Made by a program: the position numbers and the translations under genes
Part shown: piece by piece, positions 9,730-19,254 of the stretch
Layout: each line of letters opens with the position of its first letter
Position numbering within the stretch: position 1 is the stretch's first letter
NCBI GenBank assembly: GCA_003660975.1
Contig: QMVG01000001.1
Location: forward strand, 183,900-247,899
Direction: 5' to 3'
From: Candidatus Micrarchaeota archaeon
GTDB taxonomy: Archaea > B1Sed10-29 > B47-G15
DNA length: 64,000 bases
The notes under the pieces: generated by a model
The model's input: only the letters and a program-made list of their open reading frames with translations
The model's database searches: none
Told to the model about the DNA's origin: nothing

Positions 9730-10614
9730 GTGACTACCGGTGCAGTTGAAAGCTTAATTGGTAAAACGCCTTTAATTAGTGTAAATGGGATACTGGCAAA
9801 ATTGGAAACAGTAAATCCCACAGGAAGCATAAAGGATAGAATGGCATGGTATATGGTAAGGAAGGCAGAGGAAAGAAAGGAGCTAAAACCAGGAATGGAG
9901 ATAATTGAAGCTACGAGCGGTAATACGGGGATTGCCTTTGCGATGGTTTCCAGTGTCAAAGGATATAGGTTTACGGCAGTAATGCCAGAGTCAATGAGCA
10001 TTGAGAGAAGGAAGATGATGAGGCTGTTTGGTGCGGAAATTATCTTAACGCCGGGGGAAGAAGACATGGCTGGAGCGGTCAGAAGATATGAAAAGATAGT
10101 CAAAAGAAAGAAAGAGGTTTGGCTGCCCAGGCAATTCGAGAACCCAGACAACGTTAGAGCACATGAATTTGGCATTGGAAAAGAGATAGTTAATGAGACC
10201 AAGGCCAAGGTTGATGCGTTTGTTGCAGGTGTTGGAACTGGTGGAACGTTGATAGGTGTAGCAAAAGCTTTGAAGAAGGTAAATCCAGATGTCAAAATAA
10301 TTGCTGTAGAACCAGAAGAATCTGCAGTTCTGTCAGGAAAGGGCTCTGGGCTTCATAAAATACAGGGGATAGGCGAGGGCTTTATTCCAAAATTAGTTAA
10401 GGAAAACATTGCTTTGATTGATGAAGTGATCACAATAAAAAGCAGGGATGCCATTAACGCAAGCAGGAAATTGGCCAAGGCATATGGTTTATTGGTTGGC
10501 ATAAGTTCTGGGGCAAATTTCTTAGCAGCCATGCAGCTGAAGAGAAAGTATCAAAAAGTTATTACAGTATTTCCTGATAGAGGGGAGAGGTACTTAAGTG
10601 TATTAGAGGTATGA
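9730..10614 (+). CDS. cysK: Cysteine synthase (PLP-dependent O-acetylserine sulfhydrylase family)
   Basis: IGKTPL, KLETVNPTGSIKDR, EATSGNTG, GVGTGGT, HKIQGIG, GISSGA, PDRGERYLS. Confidence 0.93.
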   Translation: MTTGAVESLIGKTPLISVNGILAKLETVNPTGSIKDRMAWYMVRKAEERKELKPGMEIIEATSGNTGIAFAMVSSVKGYRFTAVMPESMSIERRKMMRLFGAEIILTPGEEDMAGAVRRYEKIVKRKKEVWLPRQFENPDNVRAHEFGIGKEIVNETKAKVDAFVAGVGTGGTLIGVAKALKKVNPDVKIIAVEPEESAVLSGKGSGLHKIQGIGEGFIPKLVKENIALIDEVITIKSRDAINASRKLAKAYGLLVGISSGANFLAAMQLKRKYQKVITVFPDRGERYLSVLEV

Positions 10615-10705
10615 AACAGGCAAAAAAACAACCAGATATAACTTACGGCGACTTTACAGCAAAAGTAATAAAAATGCCATTGTTGATAAAAATCTCGGTG
10701 ATTTT

Positions 10706-10882
10706 ATGACTGATATGTTAGTAGTACAGAGTAAAGTTAGGGAATTGGTCAAAAAACACGGTGCGAATATGGCCGGTGATTTTCCTGATGCTTTGAGCAA
10801 GTCTGTTGAAGAGCTTGTTAACAAAGCAATTGCAAGGGCCAAAGCAAATGGAAGAAAAACCGTAAGGGCGACAGACCTCTGA
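10706..10882 (+). CDS. Short histone-fold protein (alpha3/face-to-face type, HTkC/Bd0055-like), 58 aa
   Basis: Manual translation: MTDMLVVQSKVRELVKKHGANMAGDFPDALSKSVEELVNKAIARAKANGRKTVRATDL*. RBS GGTGA at 10697. RAxxxGRKT..D histone signature. Confidence 0.9.
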   Translation: MTDMLVVQSKVRELVKKHGANMAGDFPDALSKSVEELVNKAIARAKANGRKTVRATDL

Positions 10883-10885
10883 GCC

Positions 10886-10916
10886 CTTTCCTCTATTTTT
10901 TTAATCTTCTTTTTTC
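10886..10916 (+). terminator. Oligo-T pyrimidine tract after the histone gene (archaeal-type terminator)
   Basis: cctttcctctatttttttaatcttctttttt immediately after the stop codon. Confidence 0.45.
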
Positions 10917-10927
10917 ACAATTACAAG

Positions 10928-12313
10928 ATGGTAGATTTTAAAGGCCTTGAAGAAGCTGCTAGCTTTGTTAAAGCTGGAAATAGATTTACAGTGATAGGGC
11001 ACTATGATGCTGATGGCATAACTGCTTCTGCAATAGCTGGCCAGATGCTGAAGAGAATGAAAAAGCGCTTTGACATAGTGACAACAAAGCAATTGGATGA
11101 AGAAAGGCTAAAACGCTTGAAGAAGCTTGAAGGAGACCTTATTTTTGTTGATATAGGCTCTGGGACAATCTCTGATCTAGAAGAGCTGCTTCCAGATAAA
11201 AATATATGTGTAATAGACCACCACAAGCCGGAAAAGAGGCAAAGCAACTTTATTGTTTTCAATCCACACTTGTTTGGTTATGATGGCAGCAATGACGTTT
11301 CCGGAGCAGGCATGACATATTTTGTGGCAAGAGAGGTAGATGAGAGAAACAAGGACCTGTCAAAAATAGCTATTGTTGGGGCTGTGGGGGACATGCAGGA
11401 TTCAAAAGGCAGATTGCTGTCTTTGAACAGAGAGATACTGGCTGATGGTGAAAGTGTTTCCGAGATAGAGAGCAAAATAGATATACGCCTTTTCGGCAGG
11501 CAATCAAGACCCCTTGTCAAATTTCTTTCATATAGCAGTGACCCTTTCCTTCCTGGTCTTACTGCTGATGACGAGGCCTGTAAGCGCTTCATAAAATCAC
11601 TGGGAATACCTCTTTACAGAGACAATAAGTGGTTGCACTATGTTGATTTGAGTGATGATGAAAAGAGAAGGTTTATATCTGCCCTATATGTTTATGGGAG
11701 GAAAAACGGAGTTCCTGACGCTGTTTTAAAAACACTTGTTGGAGAGGTCTATGAGTTGGTAAAAGAAAAAGAGAGAACAGAGCTAAGAGACGCCAAGGAA
11801 TTCGCCACTTTACTAAATGCCTGTGGCAGGCATGATAAGGCCATGCTTGGTGTTGAAATCTGTATGGGAGACAGGGGCGAAGCATATAGGAAAGCAAGCA
11901 ATCTGTTGCAGAGACATAGGAAAATGTTAAGAGATGGTATTGAGTGGGTGCAAAAGCACGGTGTTAAGGAAATGAAATACATATATGTCATAGATGCAAG
12001 CTATGTGATAAAAGACACATTGATAGGGGTCATATCTGGCATGCTGTATGGTGCAAGTGTCGTGAGAAGAGACAAGCCAGTAATAGGTATTTCTGTTGAT
12101 AATGAAGGGGTCATGAAGATTTCTTCAAGAGCCAACTGGGAGCTTGTAAGAAAAGGTTTGGACCTTGGAAAGGTGATGAGAGAGGCAGCTGAATCTGTTG
12201 GTGGGACTGGAGGAGGGCACAATATTGCTGCTGGAGCAAGCATAAGGCCAGAGAAGAAGGAGCAGTTTTTGAAGAAAGCGAATGAGCTTGTCAGGGAACA
12301 ACTTTTCAGATAA
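10928..12313 (+). CDS. recJ: RecJ-like DHH/DHHA1 nuclease (GAN/Cdc45 family)
   Basis: HYDADG, FVDIG, IDHH, GAVGDMQD, LLNACGR, GGGHNIAAGA. Confidence 0.9.
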   Translation: MVDFKGLEEAASFVKAGNRFTVIGHYDADGITASAIAGQMLKRMKKRFDIVTTKQLDEERLKRLKKLEGDLIFVDIGSGTISDLEELLPDKNICVIDHHKPEKRQSNFIVFNPHLFGYDGSNDVSGAGMTYFVAREVDERNKDLSKIAIVGAVGDMQDSKGRLLSLNREILADGESVSEIESKIDIRLFGRQSRPLVKFLSYSSDPFLPGLTADDEACKRFIKSLGIPLYRDNKWLHYVDLSDDEKRRFISALYVYGRKNGVPDAVLKTLVGEVYELVKEKERTELRDAKEFATLLNACGRHDKAMLGVEICMGDRGEAYRKASNLLQRHRKMLRDGIEWVQKHGVKEMKYIYVIDASYVIKDTLIGVISGMLYGASVVRRDKPVIGISVDNEGVMKISSRANWELVRKGLDLGKVMREAAESVGGTGGGHNIAAGASIRPEKKEQFLKKANELVREQLFR

Positions 12314-13088
12314 GCTCGTAATCATAGCCAAGTGCCTCAATCATTCTCTTAACATCTGCTTTCTTCTTTGTTCCCTTGCTGTCAATAAAAGCTTTTTTTG
12401 CTGTTGACTTTTTGAACATTTGCTCTAGGTTTCTTCTGTCAAGGAAGTCCTGACTATATTTCGGGCAGATGTGGCCAAATGCCTTCTCCTTCTCAAGCTC
12501 TGAAAAAACAGAAGCATAGTGGTTTCCACCTATGCCTATGACGTGCTCTGCTTTGTCATTTCTTTTCAAGCCTTTCAGTATGCAGCTTACGAGAAAGTCA
12601 GCTGCTTCCTTATCCAGCCATTGTTCCATTGTGCTTCCCAGTTCAACAAAGGTTAGAGGTGTCTTGATGGATGTGGGTCCGTGGTGTGTTACTTCCAAAG
12701 AAACACGGTATCCTTCGGGATAATTGTTTAGCATTTCCAAATATATTCTCCTTGTCACATCAGGTTCTGTGAAACAGAGTTCTCTTGACCTGCCGCCATA
12801 TCTTTCGTCTGCTTCTCCGAACACACCAGTGTGGTGCACTGTGAGCGTTGCTATGCCTGATTCTGCTTTATGCCTTGAAGCAAAAATAAGGTGTTCTGCT
12901 CCGAGTTCATCCAAACTATTGTTGGCGAAAATAATGTCTTCTCTTATGCGCACGAGGATTACTTCTCCTTTTTTGTATATTGGCATTCTCTGCCACTCTA
13001 TGCTTGTTTCTTTAAATCCCTTTTCCAGGAATCTCTCAAACATGTTCATGCTGGCCCTGTCCTGAAGGGAAAAGACAATTGCGAACAT
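12306..13088 (-). CDS. dtdA: Archaeal D-aminoacyl-tRNA deacylase (DTD2)
   Basis: FASRH, TLTVHHTG, LEVTHHGPT, FVELGS, GIGGNHYA, GHICPKY. Confidence 0.92.
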   Translation of the reverse strand: MFAIVFSLQDRASMNMFERFLEKGFKETSIEWQRMPIYKKGEVILVRIREDIIFANNSLDELGAEHLIFASRHKAESGIATLTVHHTGVFGEADERYGGRSRELCFTEPDVTRRIYLEMLNNYPEGYRVSLEVTHHGPTSIKTPLTFVELGSTMEQWLDKEAADFLVSCILKGLKRNDKAEHVIGIGGNHYASVFSELEKEKAFGHICPKYSQDFLDRRNLEQMFKKSTAKKAFIDSKGTKKKADVKRMIEALGYDYELI

Positions 13089-13168
13089 AAGTCTTTTTTA
13101 TATTAGCTTCTTAAAAAGCGTTGTAGAAAGATTTAAAATATTTGCAATATAATAGATATGTGGTGGCA

Positions 13169-14161
13169 ATGAAGAAGAACTCGTTGTTAAAGAGGATGGA
13201 GCGCGCCAAAATAGAAGGAGACAGAAGCAGGTATAAGGCACTGAGGACAGAGTTTGATGCTCTTCTCCCAGGGCAAAAACACCTGGATGAATACACCAAG
13301 ATCCCTATAAAGAGGGCTGAGAGTTACCTTAAACAAAAAAGAAAAATTGAGGAAAAGGAAAGAGAGCTAATTTTTAAAAGATTGATAGCCCAGGCAGTGA
13401 TGAAGGGCAAGATTAGAAGGAAACCACTGGGTGAGGGAGCTAATTATCGTGTCTTTTCTGTTATGGGGTTGTATGGAGGCAAAGGGGTCGTGGTTAAGGT
13501 AAAGGAAGACAAAAGAGAAATAAATTGGAGAAAGAAGATGCCATTTACTGAGGTTGTTGAAGAAGCAAAAGAGGCTGCTAAGTCTCACAAGGCCTTGGAA
13601 AATAATTTTGGCGAGATTGTGCCACGGCTTTATGGTGTTCAGATGATGTTGCCAAAAGAGTCCAAAAGCGGGGGCAGAAAGGCTTTGATGGGGCCTAGAG
13701 AAGTGTACGTCTTTGAGAGAGTGGAGCCTCTCACGAAGATGATATTTGAAAGAAAACACGACATCATTTATTTTAAAGGTGTGGAATTTCCAAAATATAG
13801 GGAACTGAAAAAGCTTGCACCAAAAATGGTTAGGGACTTGCGAAAGATGGCAGAAAAAGGTTTTTCAATAGATGCAAATCTCCTGAACTTTGGTATACGA
13901 AAAAAGGATGGAAGAGTGGTGTATCTTGACACCTTGCATACAGTACATGAGCAGAAGGCCTTCTCAAACGCATTGAGGCAGCTCCTTCACGATATAAAAA
14001 GCCACTACTCTGAAGAACAATACTTGAGAATAAGGAGAGATGTGTTTAATGAGGTTGAAAAAATGATAAAAGAAGAAAAGAACGAGAAAAAGAAAAGGTG
14101 GTTGAGGCAAGAATATCTTAGGACGTTAAAGCTCATTGGTGTGAAGAATGAAAAACATTAG
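13169..14161 (+). CDS. Basic atypical protein-kinase-like protein (paralog 1)
   Basis: Gly loop LGEGANYRV, beta3 VVVKV, catalytic loop IDANLLN, Mg-binding YLDT. ATG at 13169 follows GGTGG. Confidence 0.65.
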   Translation: MKKNSLLKRMERAKIEGDRSRYKALRTEFDALLPGQKHLDEYTKIPIKRAESYLKQKRKIEEKERELIFKRLIAQAVMKGKIRRKPLGEGANYRVFSVMGLYGGKGVVVKVKEDKREINWRKKMPFTEVVEEAKEAAKSHKALENNFGEIVPRLYGVQMMLPKESKSGGRKALMGPREVYVFERVEPLTKMIFERKHDIIYFKGVEFPKYRELKKLAPKMVRDLRKMAEKGFSIDANLLNFGIRKKDGRVVYLDTLHTVHEQKAFSNALRQLLHDIKSHYSEEQYLRIRRDVFNEVEKMIKEEKNEKKKRWLRQEYLRTLKLIGVKNEKH

Positions 14162-15155
14162 GAAGCGCGTTAAGAGGAGCTATGTTGAGGAATTGAAAAA
14201 GTTGAAAGAAAGAGGGAAGGCCAAACAGTATTTCAGACTAAGGGAGGAAATGGACAAAATCTTTCCCCAGAAGCATTTGGATGAATATGTTGAAATCCCA
14301 ATAAAGAAAATGTCAAAAGAGTACTTTGAAGTAAAGAGGAAGGAGAGACAAAAGGAAAAGGAGCTGAAAAGGATAAGGAACTTTGTTGAAGCGATAACAG
14401 GCGGCAAGATTAGAAAAGAACCAATAGGTAGGGGCAGCGTTTTTATCGTTAAGCGTGTTAAGGAATTGTATCACGGTGATGCAATTGTTGTAAAAATAAG
14501 GGACTTGGGCATTGAAAAGTCTCCAAAAATTGAATTCTTTTCAGATGATGTTTTCAAGAAAGCCAGTGAATTTGCAAAGCAGGAAATAAAGGCACATAAG
14601 GAATATGAAAAGATATTGGGGGATAGAGTAGCCAGGAGATATATGACCCAGATCATACTGCCAAAAGAAAGCAAGAGGCGAGGGGCCAAGATATTTATAG
14701 CTCCAAGAGAAGTTCATGTTTTTGAGAGGGTAAAACCGCTGATAGCAGAGAGGTTTAAAGAGGTAAACGGGAACTGGATAAGAGATGGTAGAGAGAAAAT
14801 AGATGTTAAAACCCTTGAGAAGCTGGTTCCTGAGATAGTCAAAATAAATTACGAACTAGCCAAACACGGTCTTTTAGCTGATGCCCATTTAAGTAATTAC
14901 GGTCTGCGCCTGGACAGCAAAAAGCTTGTGCTTCTCGACACTGCCCATATAGGGAAAAATGAGCATGCTCTAACCACCTCAACTGTATTGCTATTGTCAA
15001 GTATTTTCCTCGAGTATGACAAAAAGACAGCTGTAAAAATGAGAAAAAAAGCTTTAAAAGAATTAAAAAAATTAATTGAGAACGAAAAGGATGCAAAGCT
15101 GAAGGAGAAGTTTAAGGAGGAAATGAAGATGTGGAAGAACAAAGTTAAGGTTTAG
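14148..15155 (+). CDS. Basic atypical protein-kinase-like protein (paralog 2)
   Basis: IGRGSVFIV, IVVKI, LADAHLSN, LLDT. Shares QKHLDEYxxIPIK, LPKESK and PREVxVFERV with the upstream gene. Confidence 0.65.
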   Translation: MKNIRKRVKRSYVEELKKLKERGKAKQYFRLREEMDKIFPQKHLDEYVEIPIKKMSKEYFEVKRKERQKEKELKRIRNFVEAITGGKIRKEPIGRGSVFIVKRVKELYHGDAIVVKIRDLGIEKSPKIEFFSDDVFKKASEFAKQEIKAHKEYEKILGDRVARRYMTQIILPKESKRRGAKIFIAPREVHVFERVKPLIAERFKEVNGNWIRDGREKIDVKTLEKLVPEIVKINYELAKHGLLADAHLSNYGLRLDSKKLVLLDTAHIGKNEHALTTSTVLLLSSIFLEYDKKTAVKMRKKALKELKKLIENEKDAKLKEKFKEEMKMWKNKVKV

Positions 15156-17892
15156 CCTGCTTCCAGTACTGCTTCGTCTTGAAAAAATTCCTCTGCTCTT
15201 CCAAGATGTTCTTAAAGAAACTGTAGTCGTCCCTGTGTAGGTTCCCGAGTATGCGCTTGGCTGATTTTGGTCCTATGCCTCTTGCTGAAAGTGCTTGCAC
15301 TGCCCTCTTCCCGTACGCGTTTATAATATTTGCTGTCTCCATGAGGGCTTTCAAAAATTTGCTTTCCTCTCTGTTAAGTGCTTTTTTCTGCCTCAATTTC
15401 ATTAGTATTGATGCGTCATCTTTTTTCACGAGTGCTACCATTGTTGAAGCGCAGCTTGGACATTTGACCTCATCTGGCAGCTCCGATATCCTCCTGTAAA
15501 AGATTTTGCCGCAGTATGTGCAGTATAGTTTCACTACTTTGTTATTTACCCTTTTCATAAGCAAATTAACAAGCTGTGCTTCTGGCACTTGTGGGTTCAT
15601 GAGTTCTGAGAGATGCATTATTTTCTCAAAGGCATTCCTGGCAAATGGAGATGCCTTTCCTTTATATGGCCTTATTTTTATCCTGCCTTTTGCTATGTCA
15701 TTCAACACGTCCTCCGTTCTGTCTATATCAAACTTCTCTGTTGCTATTTCATTAAACGTCTCCTCAACTATAGGAGAGTCAATAACGGCGTCTATGATTT
15801 TGGCAATTCCCACCCTCTTGTAAGACACCTCCTTTCTAAGCAAACCAAAGCGCTTTGCAACGTGAATGAATTTGCTCTTGAAAAGAGAGCTCCTGATAGT
15901 GCCTTGCATAAGCACTGAGCGCAACGCTGCCTTTTCTTCAAGAAACTTTTTCACTAGCTCTGGTCTTGCCTCATCGGGAAATTCAAAAACTATCCTGTAT
16001 GGGTCTGATTTCATACGCACGCTTTGGCCAAGATAAGCGGTGATTAGAGTGGCCAAGTACTTTCCCAATGTCTCGTTTACCTTGCTTCCAAAGAAGGCTG
16101 AAAGAATAACATAGTTCTTTTCAGACTCTATTGAAATCTCGTTTTCATCTATCTTGTGTTCCTTCTCCTGTTTTTTTAAGAAGGCAGCTAGGCTTTTGTT
16201 TTCCTCTGCGAATTTTCCCTCCCTCAGCGCTTTTCCAAAGGCCCTTGCAAGCTCAAATGAGACAGGTATCTGTTCTCCCTCCCAAGCAGGTATAGATGCT
16301 GAGAGGTCTGTCTTCTGTTCAACCAGAACCTCTTTTTCTGTTATATCTAAAACTCTCCAAGCCTGTCCCTTTGAAATGAAAACTGCATTTCTCTCAAGCT
16401 CTGAAGCAACAAAGCCCTCGTCAAGCGTTGAAATTGTTTTGTTTGTGTTTACGTCCTTCACGAAAAATTTTTGTTCGTCTGCTATCGTTGACAAATTAGT
16501 GTAATAATACAATCTGGCTGCCCTCCTTTTTCCAAAATGCTTTTCATCAAGCCATATTAGTCTTTCCTTTTCCAGCTGTTTAAGAACTGATATGAAACTG
16601 TCATAATCCAAGTTTTCGTATACTGGCAATCTTTTCACCAGTTGAAATGCTTCCATTATATCAACTGGAGATTCCTCAAGAGAAAGACCAACCATCTCGT
16701 GTGCAAGAACATCTAATGCTGATCCCCATCTTAATGTTTTTTCTATCCTGCCTTGCTTCGCCATCTCTGCTATAAGGCGTGACTCAACATAGTCTTCAAT
16801 GTCTGTTGATAGTATTATGCCTTTGCTTGTCCTATCTATGCTATGTCCGCTTCTTCCTATTCTCTGTATTGCCCTCTTAACCTGTCTTGGGCTGCCATAT
16901 TGAACAACGACATCTATTCTGCCAATGTCTATGCCTAGTTCTAAACTGCTTGTTGATATAAGCGCTTTTATCTCTCCTTGTTTGAAGCGCTTTTCTGTAA
17001 TAACCCTAACATCTTTTGAAAGCGAGGAGTGATGAACATCAACAGAATCCCTGCTTACATAGCTTGCCAAGCGTGATGACAACATTTCAGCTGTCGAGCG
17101 CGTATTAACAAAAATAAGCACAGCCCTATGTTTTTCCATAATTTCTCTTAATCTTCTCAACTTTGCAACGACTGTTGCTTTTGTATTTATCCTCTCTGCA
17201 TCAACAAAGTCCTGTCTAACAGGCTGTGGCAGTTCTACATCAATCTTCATTTGTCTGCTTTCCTCTGCCTTGCAAATCTCGCAGTGTCTACCAGGGCATA
17301 TGAACTTTGCTATGTATTCAGGGTCGCCCACAGTTGCACTGAGAGCAATCCTTTGAAACTCGCCTGCTTTTCTGCTCAGCCTTTCCAGTTCCAATGCTAA
17401 CTGAACTCCTCTTTTGCTTTCCGCAAGCTCGTGAATCTCATCTATAATAACATATTTTACGCCTGTCAATTTTTTAGACATCTTCGGAGCGCAGAGCATG
17501 GCATTAAGTGATTCAGGTGTTGTTATAAGCAAGCGTGGTGGCTGTTTCAATTGCTTGCTCCTGCCAGAAGCAGGTGTGTCCCCATGCCTGACAGCAACTG
17601 AAATGCCTGTTTCTTCTGCCCACCATGTTAGTCTTGACAATATGTCCCTGTTCAGTGCCCTCAAAGGCGTTATATACAAAGCTTCAACACTGTTTTCTCT
17701 TTCTTTTTCCAAAAGCTTGTGAAGCACGGGCAATAGCGCTGCTTCTGTTTTTCCAGTGCCTGTTGCTGCTATCCCAAGAGCGTGTTTGCCTTCCAAAAGA
17801 ACTGGGATCATCTTTCGCTGTATTTCTGTTTCAGAAAATCCTTTCTTTTTTATTGCCTTCCTCACTGTTTCACACAGCAGATTAAATGACAT
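15145..17892 (-). CDS. lhr: Lhr-family SF2 helicase
   Basis: ATGTGKT, TPLRAL, DEIH, SAT, QRIGRSGH, C-terminal CxxC..CxxC and RGIGP. Likely start is MSFNLL at 17892, not 18108. Confidence 0.93.
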   Translation of the reverse strand: MSFNLLCETVRKAIKKKGFSETEIQRKMIPVLLEGKHALGIAATGTGKTEAALLPVLHKLLEKERENSVEALYITPLRALNRDILSRLTWWAEETGISVAVRHGDTPASGRSKQLKQPPRLLITTPESLNAMLCAPKMSKKLTGVKYVIIDEIHELAESKRGVQLALELERLSRKAGEFQRIALSATVGDPEYIAKFICPGRHCEICKAEESRQMKIDVELPQPVRQDFVDAERINTKATVVAKLRRLREIMEKHRAVLIFVNTRSTAEMLSSRLASYVSRDSVDVHHSSLSKDVRVITEKRFKQGEIKALISTSSLELGIDIGRIDVVVQYGSPRQVKRAIQRIGRSGHSIDRTSKGIILSTDIEDYVESRLIAEMAKQGRIEKTLRWGSALDVLAHEMVGLSLEESPVDIMEAFQLVKRLPVYENLDYDSFISVLKQLEKERLIWLDEKHFGKRRAARLYYYTNLSTIADEQKFFVKDVNTNKTISTLDEGFVASELERNAVFISKGQAWRVLDITEKEVLVEQKTDLSASIPAWEGEQIPVSFELARAFGKALREGKFAEENKSLAAFLKKQEKEHKIDENEISIESEKNYVILSAFFGSKVNETLGKYLATLITAYLGQSVRMKSDPYRIVFEFPDEARPELVKKFLEEKAALRSVLMQGTIRSSLFKSKFIHVAKRFGLLRKEVSYKRVGIAKIIDAVIDSPIVEETFNEIATEKFDIDRTEDVLNDIAKGRIKIRPYKGKASPFARNAFEKIMHLSELMNPQVPEAQLVNLLMKRVNNKVVKLYCTYCGKIFYRRISELPDEVKCPSCASTMVALVKKDDASILMKLRQKKALNREESKFLKALMETANIINAYGKRAVQALSARGIGPKSAKRILGNLHRDDYSFFKNILEEQRNFFKTKQYWKQAKP

Positions 17893-17931
17893 AAATAAAT
17901 TGGAAAAAAACAGTATAATAAGGGTGTTGCT

Positions 17932-18093
17932 ATGAGGAGAAGAGCAAAAAGACATATGTTGTGGCATTGGCTTTGGATTAACGCAGTCTTCGCCTTGGCC
18001 TTTGTCTTGCTCCCATACCCAACCGCTGTTGCTTTTGCATATACGGCAGTAATGTTTGGGATTACCTGGTGGCTCATAGGTGAAAGAAAGTGA
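17932..18093 (+). CDS. Small two-TM membrane protein, 53 aa
   Basis: Manual translation: MRRRAKRHMLWHWLWINAVFALAFVLLPYPTAVAFAYTAVMFGITWWLIGERK*. GGGTG upstream. Stop overlaps the GTG of the next gene (GTGA). Confidence 0.6.
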   Translation: MRRRAKRHMLWHWLWINAVFALAFVLLPYPTAVAFAYTAVMFGITWWLIGERK

Positions 18094-18635
18094 TAAAGAG
18101 ATTGGCAAGAGCTCTGGAAAAGGAGTATGAGGCGAGAGAGAAAGCCCTGAAAATTCAGAGGAAAGCGCTTGCCCTCTGCAGAGAAGCGATAAATGAGCTA
18201 CATATAGGAAAGAAGAGCGAGAAGGAGAGGAGGATTAGATCACACATTAAGCAAATAGAGAGGATATTGTCGAAATATCCATGCCAAAAAGAGGCAGCGC
18301 TTGGCATTGTTTATCAGGAATATGCAGAGTATTTAATACTTAAATCAATACTTGAAAAGAAAAGAGTGAAGATAGGTTTGCCTGCAAAGTACGTCTTGAT
18401 GGGTTTTGGAGATGCTGTTGGAGAGGTGAAAAGACGAGTCATAGTGTTGTTGTCTGAAGGCCGTTTAGAGGAAGCGCAAAAAATTTACGAATCCCTAAAG
18501 CAAGCTTCTGCTGACTTTCTTTCCATAGCGCTGCCGAACTCGATAATACCTACCCTAAAGAAAAAGCAGGATATTTGCAGGTACGCTTTAAAAGATATTG
18601 CAGAGGCTATTTTTTACGCTAAAAGCAGAAAATAA
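18090..18635 (+). CDS. Translin/TRAX (C3PO)-family RNA-binding nuclease
   Basis: AREKALK, YQEYAE, GFGDAVGEVKR, LKKKQD. Confidence 0.8.
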   Translation: MIKRLARALEKEYEAREKALKIQRKALALCREAINELHIGKKSEKERRIRSHIKQIERILSKYPCQKEAALGIVYQEYAEYLILKSILEKKRVKIGLPAKYVLMGFGDAVGEVKRRVIVLLSEGRLEEAQKIYESLKQASADFLSIALPNSIIPTLKKKQDICRYALKDIAEAIFYAKSRK

Positions 18636-18897
18636 GAACTTAGCGGCCTCTGCTCCTGTTTTCTTTTTGCCCCTGTTTTTTCTGAATTAATTTTTTCTGT
18701 CGTGAGAGATTTCTGAGAAATATAAACAACGATTTATCTTTAATAATATATCTAATCTAATGTACTTTATTTAATAATATGTTTATAAAGTATTCTTTTA
18801 AATAGATATTTTATAAAATAATTAATTTAATGTATACAATGTAGTTTCGGATGCTGCAATCGGTAGCTTTTTTTATCTAAATGTCTTTACTCTATTG

Positions 18898-19254
18898 ATG
18901 CTGAAGCTAAAGTTGAGATTGAAACCAATAAGGATAATAATAAAGCAAAGGCAGCCTGCGATTTTGGATATTTGTATAAAGAACGCTGGGGAGCTTTCAG
19001 CCCTTGTCTCTCTAAAAGCAAAGCTCTCGCAACAACTGTCTTTTGACAGAGGGGGGCTCATAAGGGAAGAGAGAAGAAGAATAGGATATATAAAGCCAGG
19101 TATGGAAAAACACGTGCCTCTAAATGTCTTTGCGAGACCCACTGCAGAAGAGGGCTTTGGAGAGATAATGGTTGCTGCTTTTGAGCACGAGGATGACAGA
19201 TACGATAAGGTAAAGGAAACTGTTTCAGCTAAAACGGAGTTGAGATTGCTGTGA
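18898..19254 (+). CDS. Hypothetical beta-rich (Ig/CARDB-like) protein
   Basis: LDICIKNAG..RIGYIKPGMEKHVPLNV alternating beta pattern. No signal peptide. Confidence 0.5.
   Translation: MLKLKLRLKPIRIIIKQRQPAILDICIKNAGELSALVSLKAKLSQQLSFDRGGLIREERRRIGYIKPGMEKHVPLNVFARPTAEEGFGEIMVAAFEHEDDRYDKVKETVSAKTELRLL

Noticed and set aside
9654-10295. 213-aa minus-strand ORF
   Set aside because: Antisense shadow of cysK.
17893-18108. N-terminal extension of Lhr in the ORF track
   Set aside because: Helicase similarity starts at MSFNLL (17892). The extension overlaps a better plus-strand ORF and the translin start.
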